Position numbers and translations under genes: made by a program
Assembly (NCBI GenBank): GCA_951406725.2
Contig: OX597832.1
Span: 56,420,001 to 56,484,000, forward strand
DNA: 64,000 bases
Direction: 5' to 3'
From: Octopus vulgaris
Lineage: Eukaryota
Shown: positions 1-11,344 of the stretch, one piece after another
Layout: every line of letters starts with the position of its first letter
Position numbering within the stretch: position 1 is the first letter of the stretch
Notes under the pieces: model-generated
Told to the model about the DNA's origin: nothing
The model's database searches: none
What the model saw: the letters and a program-made list of their open reading frames with translations, nothing else

Positions 1-200
1 TCAGCCGAAATTACTACGATGATCCGGTTCTTGACTGAAGACTGAGGGCTTCGAATGTCCTGTCTGTGTTTGTTGTATCGTCTTCTAAGTTTTTATGCGT
101 TCTCGTCTCAGTTTGTATTTTTCTACATATCATAATATATATGTATGTATGTATATATGTATGTATGTATACATATATGTATGTATACATACGTGCGTAC

Positions 201-730
201 AACTGCGAGAAAATGTCTTCCAGATATTATCTTCCCATGAGACATGATGCAGTGGCCAGAACAAGGGGTTATTGATCCCAGAACAGTTAGGAACAAAATA
301 ACAAAAAAGAAAATACCTACAGATGAAGTTGACCATATTGAGACCGATGGGTCAATAGAATATTGATGGAACTTAAAAATTAAAACCGCCCCCAAGTTAA
401 AACACAACCGACCAGATATTGTTGTGTTGGACCACAAGGAAAAGATATGTTCTGCTGTGGAAACCAGCAATACCAATATAGTTAGAAAAATATAATAGAA
501 AGAGAACATCTATGGACCATCGATAAGGAATTTGTAAATCCAGTACCCAAGATACACTTTCAGCTTCATACTATTATTATTGGTTCAACAGGATACATAC
601 CAACCCGTCTGGAGCAAAGCATTGTTGAACTTGGGATCTTGGGGAGAGAACGCAAATCCCTAATTTGTACGCGGCGATCACGATTTCTGGGACTATAAAA
701 ATTTTTGCAAGACCGTCTGTAGGTTTAAAT
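201..730 (+). mobile_element. Decayed 3' end of an RLE-type non-LTR retrotransposon ORF (R4/Dong-like), endonuclease region
   Basis: Manual translation with stops/frameshifts: CEKMSSRYYLPMRHDAVA ... KLKHNRPDIVVLDHKEKICSAVE ... EKENIYG ... IIIGSTGYIP. This matches the RHD / RPD...E...K motif order of restriction-like endonucleases. Confidence 0.8.
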
Positions 731-846
731 GTATGGTGGTTAAAACGAGATGTTTTCCTTCACAAACTTGCTACCAAGTAGGTGGCCCGTCAAAATTTAT
801 TCGAAATTTAAAAAAAAGAAGAGAAGAACAAATTATCGAGGTGTAA

Positions 847-1210
847 GAGTGGCTGTGTGGTAAGTAGCTTGCTTACCAACCATATGGTTCCGGGTTCAGT
901 CCCACTGCATGGCACCTTGGGCAAGTGTCTTCTACTATAGCCTCAAGCTGACCAAAGTGAGTTGATTTGGTAGACGGAAACTGAAAGAAGCCTGTTGTGT
1001 ATATGCATATATATGTGTGTGTCTGTGTTTGTTCGCCCCGACATCGCTTGACAACCGATGTGTTTACGTCCCTGTAACTTAGCGGTTCGGCGAAAGAGAC
1101 CGATAGAATAAGTACTAGGCTTACAAACAATAAGTCCTAGGGTCGATTTGCTCGACTAAAGGTGGTGCTCCAGCATGGCAACAGTCAAATGACTGAAACA
1201 AGTAAAAGAG
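847..1210 (+). mobile_element. tRNA-derived SINE family A (CORE-like segment, internal (TA)/(TG) microsatellite)
   Basis: GGAGTGGCTGTGTGGTAAG head, GGTTCAGTCCC B-box-like, GGCACCTTGGGCAAGTG core, tail ...GACTGAAACAAGTAAAAGAG. More than 10 copies in the window. Confidence 0.85.
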
Positions 1211-1745
1211 TAATCGAATGGAAACGAGCCTGGGCGTGTGTATGCATGCATTACAATTCTGATGGAACTGGAGTCTTGACAAACCGACCCGTGAACATAG
1301 GGAGGGCACCTGGCTGGTAACGACAACGAGGTTGACAACGACGACGACGACGATGATGATAATATATGTGTATTTATGTGTATATGTATGTGTGTATGTA
1401 TGTATATGTATGGGATTTCTTTGAAACCACTTACTTTCAGAGCTCTGTCGTAAAGAGTGCGTGTACACCTCTGAAATCTGTCTCAGACCTACAGATGCCC
1501 GTAAAATTGGCAGGATAGGAGAATACATCGCGATACTCCTGCTCTCTCCACTGAAAGTTAAAATCCTACCGAGGTCAACTTACCGGCTCAGGGCAGGGAA
1601 TTAGCGGGCGAGATACTTTACGTTATCTGTTCCGACTCTTGACATTCTGTGTTCAAATTCCTCCGATTACCTCTGGCCAGAGATAATCCCCAGTCTACGA
1701 GAACACAACTTATAAAAAGCTTCTTTGTGGCTGTCAAATTAAGAT

Positions 1746-1801
<56 letters not shown>

Positions 1802-2220
1802 GTGAGACCGGATCAGGCTGTTTCAGTTAGGTAACTCCTACTAAATGCGTTGAGTTCCTCTTTCTCTCGTTTGTCCCCTCACACCTACATGTGTGTGTGT
1901 GTGCGTGTGCATGTATATGTATGCATGCATGTACGTGTATGTATATGTACGTGTGTATGTATGTATGTATACTCTTACTTGGTATATATACATACACACA
2001 CCATGCTGGAGCACCGCCTTTAGTCCAACAAATCGACCCCAGGACTTATTCTTTGTAAGCCTAGTACTTAATCTATCAGTCTCAATTGCCGAACAGCTAA
2101 GTTACGGGGACGTAAACATACCAACATCGGTTGTCAAGCGATGGTGGGGAGGGACAAACACACACACATAGATACATACATACACACATACACAAAACAT
2201 ACATATAAATAAGAAGCCCA

Positions 2221-2270
<50 letters not shown>

Positions 2271-2321
2271 GATGGGCTTCTTTCAGTTTCCGCCTACCAA
2301 ATCCACTCATATATACTTTAT

Positions 2322-2500
2322 TTAGAAGCAGCAGAAGTATCACAAAAACTGTTACACAGAGTTTTACGTTCCCGTTCGTCAGACGGGAACGCGAAACTCT
2401 GATATTTCTGCTGCTTTTAAATAAAGCATATTACTCTACCTCTGGTATTTGAGTACTCTTTTTTTTTTCACCTTGTTTCACATTTATGTGCTTACTCCGA
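2322..2500 (-). mobile_element. Small non-autonomous element with a damaged hammerhead motif and internal foldback; second copy at ~43465-43645
   Basis: Shared sequence AAGCAGCAGAA...TTCTGCTGCTTT...GAGTACTCTT with the 43.5-kb copy. Minus strand reads CTGACGA-ACG-GGAA-CGT-AAAA (G12 mutated). Confidence 0.7.
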
Positions 2501-2542
2501 TATGTGTGTGTGTGTGTACATATGTACATATACATATTTATG

Positions 2543-2868
2543 GAGTGGCTGTGGTATGTAGCTTGCTTACCAACCACATGGTTCTGTGTTCATGTCCACT
2601 GCGTGGCACCTTGGGCAAGTGTCTTCTACTCTAGCCAAAGCCTTGTAAGTGGACTTGTTAGACGGAAACTGGAAATGTGACCTCGTGTGTACCGTTGGCG
2701 ATTTTTTTCCCTCTGTCTTCCCTTCTCTGGATCTTTCCTTCTATGTTTCCGACGAAGAGCTCCGCTCGAAACGTTAAACCCTCCTACTTTCCTGAGCGTC
2801 CAATAATACTATATTTGTTCCACGTCCTCGCGTTGTTTTTTTTTGTGCTTTCTTGTTTGGATTAACTT

Positions 2869-2915
<47 letters not shown>

Positions 2916-3160
2916 CTATGTATCAATGTATGTATATATGCATGTATGTATGTGTGTGTATGTTTGTGTTTGTCCCTCCCCACCAACATCGCTTGACAAC
3001 CGATGATGGTGTGTTTATGTCCCCGTAACTTAGCGGTTCGGCAAAAGTATCCGATAGATTAAGTACTGGACTTACAAAGAATAAGTCCTGGGATCGATTT
3101 GCTCGACTAAAGGTGGTGCTCCGGCATGGCCACAGTCACATGACTGAAACAAGTAAAAGA
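2543..3160 (+). mobile_element. SINE family A copy interrupted at its internal microsatellite by a ~200-bp hammerhead-bearing element
   Basis: Head/core at 2543-2670, foreign segment ~2675-2870, (TA)n(TG)n, then the SINE 3' half to GAAACAAGTAAAAGAG. Confidence 0.8.
2745..2779 (+). ncRNA. Minimal type-I hammerhead ribozyme motif (U4C core)
   Basis: GTTT-CCGACGA-A-GAGC-TCC-GCTC-GAAA-CG-TT-AAAC: stem I GTTT/AAAC, stem II GAGC/GCTC, palindromic AACGTT in place of stem III. Confidence 0.65.
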
Positions 3161-3163
3161 GAG

Positions 3164-3303
<140 letters not shown>

Positions 3304-3392
3304 TCATAACATACAAGTACGCATAAGAATGTATGCATGTATGTATGAAATATGTATGTGTATGTATGTATGTACGTACGTACGTACGTATG

Positions 3393-3423
<31 letters not shown>

Positions 3424-3544
3424 GTATGTATGTATGCATGTACGTGTGTGTGCGTTGTGCATGTTATACACGCACCCTGAAATAAGAGTGCTTACGTAAT
3501 ATAAGCAGAAGGCATCAAATACGAAACCTAACCAAGCTTCGTTT

Positions 3545-3630
3545 TCACCTGACGGCACGTTAATTAATAGGGCAGTCAACGACATGACGTCATTGCTGCA
3601 GTTCTGTCGTCATCAGTCACGTGACTCTCT
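3545..3630. promoter_or_regulatory. Candidate cis-regulatory cluster (CRE plus E-box/CLEAR-type palindrome)
   Basis: ATGACGTCAT at 3584-3593, AGTCACGTGACT at 3615-3626, extra TGACG/CGTCA half-sites, all in non-repetitive CpG-retaining sequence. Confidence 0.45.
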
Positions 3631-4270
3631 ACCTCATAGTTTTTTGGGGTTGTTTCCAGAAGTAATTTGCGGATACGGTGGAATATTCACTCTTCCTTCC
3701 TTCTTTCCTTCATTTATTCACGCATTCATTTATTTATTTATCTTCTGTGTTTTTAAGATAACGAAGTACGGGAAAAATATATATATTCGGTATCGACATA
3801 ACGATAAAGTAGTAGCTTTTGTAGTAACCGTGATAGTTTCAAAGTTTGCATCTAATCAAAGTTCAAATGCTGCAGAAGACGGCTTTGCCTTTCAACCTTT
3901 CAGGTGGAGTGGTGGTGGTGGTGGTGGGGTTTAAATTAAACAAAGCACCAGTCAAGTATTGGAGGCGAACCAATCGACTTGCCCCTTCTCTTTAAAATTA
4001 CTGACCTTGTACCGAAATCATCATCATCATCATCATCATCATCACTAACATCGTCGCCACCACCACCACCATCACCACCATCGTCATCATCATTATCATC
4101 ATACACGAGTTGCACAAACCATACACATCGTTGCACCAGAAGTTTATCTCTGTTTATCTCTGGTTGTTGTTGTTGTTGTTGTTGTTGTTTTTTTGGGGGG
4201 GGCGGGGTTAAAATTTCTCTGACGAAAGTTTGAAATCATTTATTTGTTGAATTTGTTCGTAGCATACTCA

Positions 4271-4702
4271 GGAAGAAGAAGAAGAAGAAGAAGAAGAAGA
4301 AGAAGAAGAAGAAGAAGAAGAAGAAGAAGAAGAAGAAGGAAAAGAAGAAGAAGAAGAAGAAGAAGAAGAAGAAGGTGGAGAAGAAGAAGGAAAAGAAGAA
4401 GTAGAAGAAGAGAAGAAAAGAAGAAGAAGAAGAAGAAGAAGAAGAAGGTGGAGAAGAAGAGAAGAAAAAGAAGAAGAAGAAGAAGAAGAAGAAGAAGAAG
4501 AAGAAGAAGAAGAAGAAGGTGGAGAAGAAGAGAAGAAGAAGGAAAAAAAGAAGTAGAAGAAGGAAAAGAAGAAAAAGAAGGAGGAGAAGGAGAAGAAGAA
4601 GAAGAAGAAGAAGAAGAAGAAGAAGAAGAAGGAGGAGAAGAAGAAGAAAAAGGAGGAGGAGAAGAAGAAGAAGAAAAAAAAGGAGGAGAAGAAGAAGAAG
4701 AA
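4271..4702. repeat. (GAA)n/(GGA)n purine-rich microsatellite, ~430 bp
   Basis: Directly visible. Confidence 0.95.
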
Positions 4703-4959
4703 TTAGAAATTCTTTGGTGTCTTTCCTAATTAGAGGGAACACAGCTGTTTTTCTCCAACCTCTGCTGTTTGCAATCATATAAAAAAAATGTTGGCAGTAT
4801 TGACATTAAAGAGAAGAGCATTAAGAAGCAACCCCGATTAAAATGTTTGCAATCTCTCAGAGGCTGTCACATTACGAGGGCAAAAATGTGACAATTTTCA
4901 AAAATATTTTGTAAAAGCATAACCGCTAACAACAGTATAGCTTTCAACAACAACAACAG

Positions 4960-5140
4960 TGGAGGCGCAATGGCCCAGTGGTTAGGGCAGCAGACTCACG
5001 GTCGTAAGAACACAGTTTCGATTCCCAGACCGGTCATTGTGAGTGTTTATTGAGCAAAAACACCTAAGCTCCATGAGGCTCCGGTGGGGGGTTAGTGGTG
5101 AACCCCGCTGTACTCTTTCACCACAACTTTCTTCCACTCT
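4960..5140 (+). mobile_element. tRNA-derived SINE family C (Arg-like head), partial
   Basis: GTGGAGGCGCAATGGCCCAGTGGTTAG A-box, GTTTCGATTCC B-box. Homologous to the 26363-26635 and 33187-33495 copies. Confidence 0.75.
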
Positions 5141-5539
5141 TTCATCCTACTTCTGCCACCAAGCAGAGGAACCATGGTGTAACCCACTATGGTGTGGTAA
5201 ACTTTCAGACCCTAGTCTAGATTGCGAATCCTCTGTACTCCAGGATGGTTCAGCTCTCCACCCATTAAAAGACACCGTTTACGGAATGAAGATAACAACG
5301 TAGCTTTCACGCCCATGCAACCGCCAGTCTATCGCGTGTGGAGGGTTGATTTTCAAGTTGCCACACGCATTCTTAGTAGCTTAGAGTAGGCTTGAATTAG
5401 AGATTATTCTTTGTGGCTAATGGTATGAGTCCTGATTGGAAGAAGAAGAAGACAATGGTGGTGCACATAAACTAATCCAGTCTGGTTTTTAATTCCATGT
5501 CCTCTCCAGTTTTGCTCAGGCCTGGACTAGATGTAAGAA

Positions 5540-5720
5540 AATCCTGGGTAGCCCAGTCATCAAGATTTCTCTCTCGACCTTGCTGACGTAGTCCAAAGGA
5601 GTGCAGAGCATTATGTTTGGCATCAGCCTGGTTGCAGGAGCTGCTGGAAGAGTGCCAAATCGAACACTAAACTGCCAACGGGCCTCCACTCCGGATTCCT
5701 TTTAAGGTTTTCTCCTTTCC
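5540..5720 (+). mobile_element. Possible RTE-clade LINE 5' UTR remnant
   Basis: CTTGCTGACGTAGTCCAAAGG...TTTGGCATCAGC...GCAGGAGCTGC resembles RTE 5' UTR motifs from recollection; not verifiable here. Confidence 0.35.
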
Positions 5721-5844
5721 GTAACCCTCAATAGGGGGCTGTCAGCCAGAGCCAGCTGAGCCCAGGACTCATGTCAGACAGGGTCGTCACTCTCTGAAGT
5801 AGTGAAGAAAATCACTACCCACTACTTATATAAATGTCTATATA

Positions 5845-6110
5845 TCATCATCATCATCATCGTTTAATGTCCGTTTTCCGCGCTAGCACGGGTTGGACGG
5901 TTTCGACCGGGATCTGGGGAGCCAGGGGCTGCCCCAGGCTCCAGGCTGGTCTGGCAGTGTTTCTACAGCTGGATGCCCTTCCTAACGCTAACCACTCCGC
6001 GAGTGTAGTGGGTGCTTTTTACGTGCCACCTGCACAGGTGCCAGAGGGGTCTGGCATCGGCCACGGTCGGTTGGTGCTTTTTATGTGCCACCTGCACAGA
6101 AGCCAGTCGG
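5845..6110 (-). mobile_element. RTE-type LINE 3' end with (GAT)n tail
   Basis: Reverse complement of the GTTAGGAAGGGCATCCAGCTGTAGAAAC...GGACGTTAAACGATGATG terminus that follows the RTE ORF end at 10546-11295. Confidence 0.75.
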
Positions 6111-6149
6111 GGCATATATATATATATATATATAATGTATTCTTTTATT

Positions 6150-6530
6150 GGTTTACTTGTTTCAGTCATTTTGACTGCGGCCATGCTGGAGCACCACCTT
6201 TAGTCGAGTAAATCGACCCAGGACTTATTCTTTATAAGCCTAGTACTTATTCTATCAGTCTCTTTTGCTAAACCTCTAAGTTACAGGATGCAAACACACC
6301 AGCATCAGTTGTCAAGCAATGCAGGTGGGGGGAACAAACACAGACATATACACACACATACATACATACATCTATATATATACAATGGGTTTCTTTCAGT
6401 TTCCATCTACCAAATCCACTCACAAGGCTTTGGTCAGCCTGAGGCTATAGTTGAAGCCACTTGCCCAATGTGCCACGCAATGGAACTTAACCCCGAACCA
6501 TGTGGTTGGTAAGCAAGCTACTTACCACAC
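6150..6530 (-). mobile_element. SINE family A, near full length
   Basis: Reverse complement of 847-1210. Confidence 0.85.
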
Positions 6531-7253
6531 ACACTATATTATATATAGTATAGAGTCAGGCAGTTTGAAAACTTAAAATAGATTTATTTAACCACATGAT
6601 TACAGCTGTTTCCCCAACATTCAAATGTAGTGTTTATATGGAAATCATGGGGTTAGATGAATTTATTTTCACCTCTCACACCTTCTGACTTTATGCTTTA
6701 TATAACCCCTCACAGAATAATTTACTACATAAATTCTTTTGCATTTTCATTTACACAAACACTGTGCTACTTTGTAATTTATTTCTCTGTGAACTGATAC
6801 CTGGATCCATAGGATGTGCTTACTGTGATGGCTTTGGCACTCATGCTGGTGGTACATAAAAGCATCCATTAGATTCTCAGAGTGGCTGATGTTAGGAAGG
6901 GCATCTAGCCGTAGAAAGATACCAAATCAGGCTGGAGTCTGATACAGCCCTGATCAAACCATGCAACCCATGCCACCATGGACAACGAACGATAAATGAT
7001 GATGATGATATATATATATATATAGGTAGATAGATAATACATACATGCATGCATGCATACATACACACACACATACATACATATTTACATACATGCACAT
7101 ATACATATATATTATATATATATATATATATATAGTAGTAGTAGTAACAGAAAAGAGGAATTTCGGTTGTCCCCACGTGGTGGATTGTAATGTATATAAG
7201 AAAAATAAAAATGGAAAATACGCACACTTACATGGTTATAGTATAATTTTTAA

Positions 7254-7290
7254 TGTATCGACCGGTTTCGCAATCGCTATTCATGATACA
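7254..7290 (-). ncRNA. Minimal type-I hammerhead ribozyme motif with A3:U8 core
   Basis: Minus strand TGTATC-ATGAATA-GC-GATT-GC-GAAA-CCGG-TC-GATACA: 6-bp stem I, G10.1-C11.1 stem II, palindromic CCGG loop, GUC cleavage triplet. Confidence 0.7.
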
Positions 7291-7505
7291 ATGTTTAATT
7301 TATATGAAAATATATTTTTTTCTTAAGAAGAAAATGGGTCCATGTTGTTTATAATGAGATTCACAGATGGAGAAGGACCTTCTACAACCATGTTCTTAAT
7401 GATGAAATTAACCTCTCTGTCTATATATCTACCCTCTTTGTAATGTTGGCAAATGAAATAAGTATAAAAATGTACATTGTCTATTTAATTAAAATAAATT
7501 CTATA

Positions 7506-7593
7506 TGTGGCTGAAGATTGCTCTACATTTTAACACTGATGTAATACTTACATAGTTTAATAAAATGAAGTAGCATGAAACGATTGTACTACA
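7506..7593 (+). ncRNA. Type-I hammerhead ribozyme motif with long stem II (element ~7470-7630)
   Basis: TGTGG-CTGAAGA-T-TGCT...CATTTT...ATGTAA-TAC-TTACAT...AAAATG...AGCA-T-GAAA-C-GATT-GTA-CTACA. Second copy at 25121-25208. Confidence 0.7.
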
Positions 7594-7797
7594 CTACCTT
7601 GGATATCCTTGTTGCTTATTTTGATTATAATCACCCCATTTGATTTATATGGATAATACCATACCAAATTCTGGTGCCTTTAACTTAAGTACCATATTCA
7701 TCTGAATCTAAATTTTGCTGAACTTATATATATATATACACACACACACACTCATATATTCACATATATAAACATATATATACACATATGTATACAT

Positions 7798-7842
<45 letters not shown>

Positions 7843-8144
7843 TATATATGCAGAGTGAGAGACAGACGGACAGACAGAAACAGAGAGACAGAGAGCAGTA
7901 GTAGTAATAGCCTGGTAGTATGGGGTCAGCAAACGGATTCACTGATAGTCAAATTCTGTGGAGAAAATAAGGGAGGAAAATATCACTCGACTAATTTTCA
8001 ACTATTATAACTTTTCTTTGACATTAGTTCCAACCGAAACTGGAGAAGTCACATTAAACAAAAGACACAGTGACCTTTTACTGATATCAAGTTTAGTGGT
8101 GTCTCTGTAACCGTTTGTTTGGATGGATGTGTGGGTGTTTGTGG

Positions 8145-8184
<40 letters not shown>

Positions 8185-8404
8185 ATGTGTGTGTGTGTGT
8201 GGCTATGAATATGACTGGCTGTACACAGGGATGTGTGTATGTGTGTGCATTTGTATATGTGTGTAAATGTGTCCAGGTACTACTTCTGGATGTGTGTTTG
8301 ACTCTGACTGTGTTTGTGTGTGTATGTATATGTATATATATATCTATCTATATGTATATCTATCTATCTATATGTGCATGCATATACATGTATGTGTATG
8401 TGTC

Positions 8405-8457
<53 letters not shown>

Positions 8458-8474
8458 ATGTGCATACATGTATT

Positions 8475-8517
<43 letters not shown>

Positions 8518-9142
8518 TACATACATATATATATATGTACGTATGTATATATATATATGTGTGTATATGTGTGCACATGTGTGTGTATGTATATATGTAT
8601 ATAATTATATGCATATATATACATGTATGTGTGTGTATATGCGTGTGTGTGTGAATGCCTGTATGTAAAGGTAACTATGTGTGTGCAGATAGAATATTCA
8701 TGTACACAACTTGGGTTGCCTGAAGCCATGTCAAAGAATTTGGGTCGACAAAAACAGTAAGGAGAGACTTTGCTTGAACCATTGTGCTTTTAATTCAAAG
8801 GTCTCACCTTCTAACACACTGCAAGTTTGCTTTGCAACTAAATGGTCCTGGGTTCAGTTCCAACTGGTGGCACATTGACTAAACATCTTCTACTGCAACC
8901 TGGGGCTGATCAATGCTGTGTGTATGAACTTGGTAAACAGGAATGGTGCAGAAGCCCATCATAAATGTGCACATGTGTTTATGTATATATACATGTAGGT
9001 ATACATACATGCATATCTATATATATATATATTCTTTTCTACTCTAGGCACAAGACCCAAAATTTTGGGGGAGGAGGCCAGTCGATAAGATCAACCCCAG
9101 TACGCAACTGGTACTTAATTTAACGACCCCGAAAGGATGAAA

Positions 9143-9212
<70 letters not shown>

Positions 9213-9404
9213 TGTATGTATGTTAAACGTGTGTGTCTGTGTCTGTGTGTGTATGCCTATATCTAAGTGTGTGGGGGGGAGATCTGAATATACATGTGTG
9301 TGTGTGTATCTATTGTCAGTTAGGTCACTGTTGATATTAGAGATTTAACACACAATGGCCATCATAGTTCGCAAGTAGGTATTATTAACATTTCTGTTTG
9401 CACA

Positions 9405-9538
9405 AGGTGGTAGTGGTGATGGTGATGGTGGTGGTGGTGGTGGTGGTGGTGGTGGTGGTGGTAGTAGTAGTAGTCTTGGCTGTGGTGGTGATGATGATAG
9501 TAACAATAAGAGTGGCAGTGGTAGTATTTGTACTACTA

Positions 9539-9618
<80 letters not shown>

Positions 9619-9635
9619 AACTGCTGCTGCTGCTG

Positions 9636-9676
<41 letters not shown>

Positions 9677-9722
9677 GCTGCTGCTTCTGCTGCTGCTTCT
9701 GCTACCGTTGCTGCTGCTGCTG

Positions 9723-9766
<44 letters not shown>

Positions 9767-9797
9767 GCTACCGCTGCTGCTGCTGCTGCTGCTGCTG

Positions 9798-9856
<59 letters not shown>

Positions 9857-9865
9857 GTTGCTACT
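9405..9865. repeat. Compound trinucleotide microsatellite (GGT)n/(CTA)n/(CTG)n
   Basis: Directly visible. Confidence 0.95.
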
Positions 9866-9899
9866 GGCAATAATAACGTTTTCTTTTGTTCGAGAGTCT

Positions 9900-10230
9900 A
9901 GATTTACCGCACATGAGCCGGGGCATATACCAACCACCTTGGCGAATAATGGATTCAATTTGAGGCATGCATAGAGCGACCAGAAATGAGCTGGTCAATC
10001 GTTTCCTTGACCATGCAACAAAAGCGGCTAGTGGGCAGCCAGGCAGACAGGTCCTGCAACCATTCTTAAGGATGCTTTATTGGTAGTTTCTGGCAAGCAG
10101 ACATTGATCCTGTTTCGGATTCAGGGTCCAGATACAGCCAACCATTGATGGGTCATATTTGTATCCACATCCAGATCACTGGCCCTTGTTGGGTATTCAC
10201 CATGTAATACTGCATCTTGCGGTGAACTTT
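9900..10230 (-). mobile_element. Decayed R4/Dong-like non-LTR ORF fragment (post-RT region and CCHC knuckle)
   Basis: Minus-strand translation LHGEYPTRASDLDVDTNMTHQWLAVSG ... KETIDQLISG, matching the LHG.Y...THQWL...ETIDH..SGC pattern of this clade. Confidence 0.7.
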
Positions 10231-10545
10231 GCAGACCTGAAAATGCATTTGATTTCATCATCATCATCATCATCGTTTAACGTCCGTTCTCCATGTTAGC
10301 ATGGGTTGGACGGTTCGACCGGGGATCTGGGAAGCCAGAAGGCTGTACCAGGCTCCGGTCTTATCTGGCAATGTTTCTACAGCTGGATGCCCTTCCTAAT
10401 GCCAACCACTCCGTGAGTGTAGTGGGTGCTTTTTACGTGCCACCTGCACTGGTTTGTTTTACCTCGGTTTTGTTGATCCCCGGTTCTCGTACAGGCTTCT
10501 TTGCTTCTTTAGTACAATTTTTGAAACATTCATGCATATTATTAC

Positions 10546-11295
10546 TGTGGAAAAGGTAGACCCAGGAAGACCTGGAATGAAATGGTGAAGCACAACCTTC
10601 GAATATTAGGCCTCACCAAGGAAATGACTAGCGACCGAGACTTTTGGAAATATGCTGTGCTCGAGAAGACCGGCCAAGCCAAATGAGACCATAACCTGTG
10701 GCCTATGCCAGGAGCATAACCAGCCCGCTTATGCGTACCTTTTCATTCTTTGGTCACTAAACTCTGCTTGCATAGACCTGTTGAGGCAAGTGAAATCAAA
10801 ATCAAAATCAAATCGATGACTGGCATCTGTGCTAGCGGGGTGCAAAGAGCACCATACGAGTGTGATCGTTGACAGAGCAGCTATTCGAGTATGATCGTTA
10901 CCAGTGTCGCCTTACTGGCACTTATGCCTGTGCTAATAGGGTGCCAAGAGCACCATCCGAGCGTGATCATTGCCAGAGCAGCCAACTGGCTTCCGTACCC
11001 GTGGCACATACAAAGGCACCATTCAAGCATGATCATTACCAACGTCGCTTCACTGGCACGTGTAAAAAGATTCAAGCGAGGTCATTGCCAGTACCTGACT
11101 GGCCCCCATGGCACATAAAAAGCACCCACTACACTCTTGGAGTGGTTGGCATAAGGAAAGGCATCCAGATGTAGAAACTCTGCCAGATCAAGATTGGAGC
11201 CTGGTGCAGCCATCTGGCTTGCCAGCCCTCAGTCAAAATCGTCCAACCCATGCTAGCATGGAAAGCGGACTTTAAATGATGATGATGATGATGAT
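10546..11295 (+). mobile_element. 5'-truncated RTE-clade LINE: ORF C-terminus, repetitive 3' UTR and (GAT)n tail
   Basis: Translation CGKGRPRKTWNEMVKHNLRILGLTKEMTSDRDFWKYAV (GRPRKTW...DR..W motif). Other 3'-end copies lie at ~10255-10450, 11820-12230, 27395-27690, 49250-49475, 53915-54262 and 55200-55460. Confidence 0.85.
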
Positions 11296-11344
11296 TATCG
11301 TCATTATTATTATTATTATTCGACATTTGATAGTTTCAGGCAAA

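Noticed and set aside
1-50. CAGCC-GAAA ... CTGAAGA arrangement resembling a permuted hammerhead
   Set aside because: Stems do not close convincingly and the element is cut by the window edge.
4219-4240. CTGACGAAAGTTTGAAATC as a hammerhead
   Set aside because: No credible stem I or stem II.
4236-4782. Long ORFs (poly-R/E/L/F); likewise 8115-8729, 9385-9974, 16395-17109, 24032-24518
   Set aside because: Translations of microsatellites with no stop codons; no protein signal.
4960-5035. tRNA genes at SINE heads (also ~26570-26635, ~17805-17875, ~33430-33495)
   Set aside because: A/B boxes are present, but there is no closing acceptor stem and each continues into a repeated SINE body.
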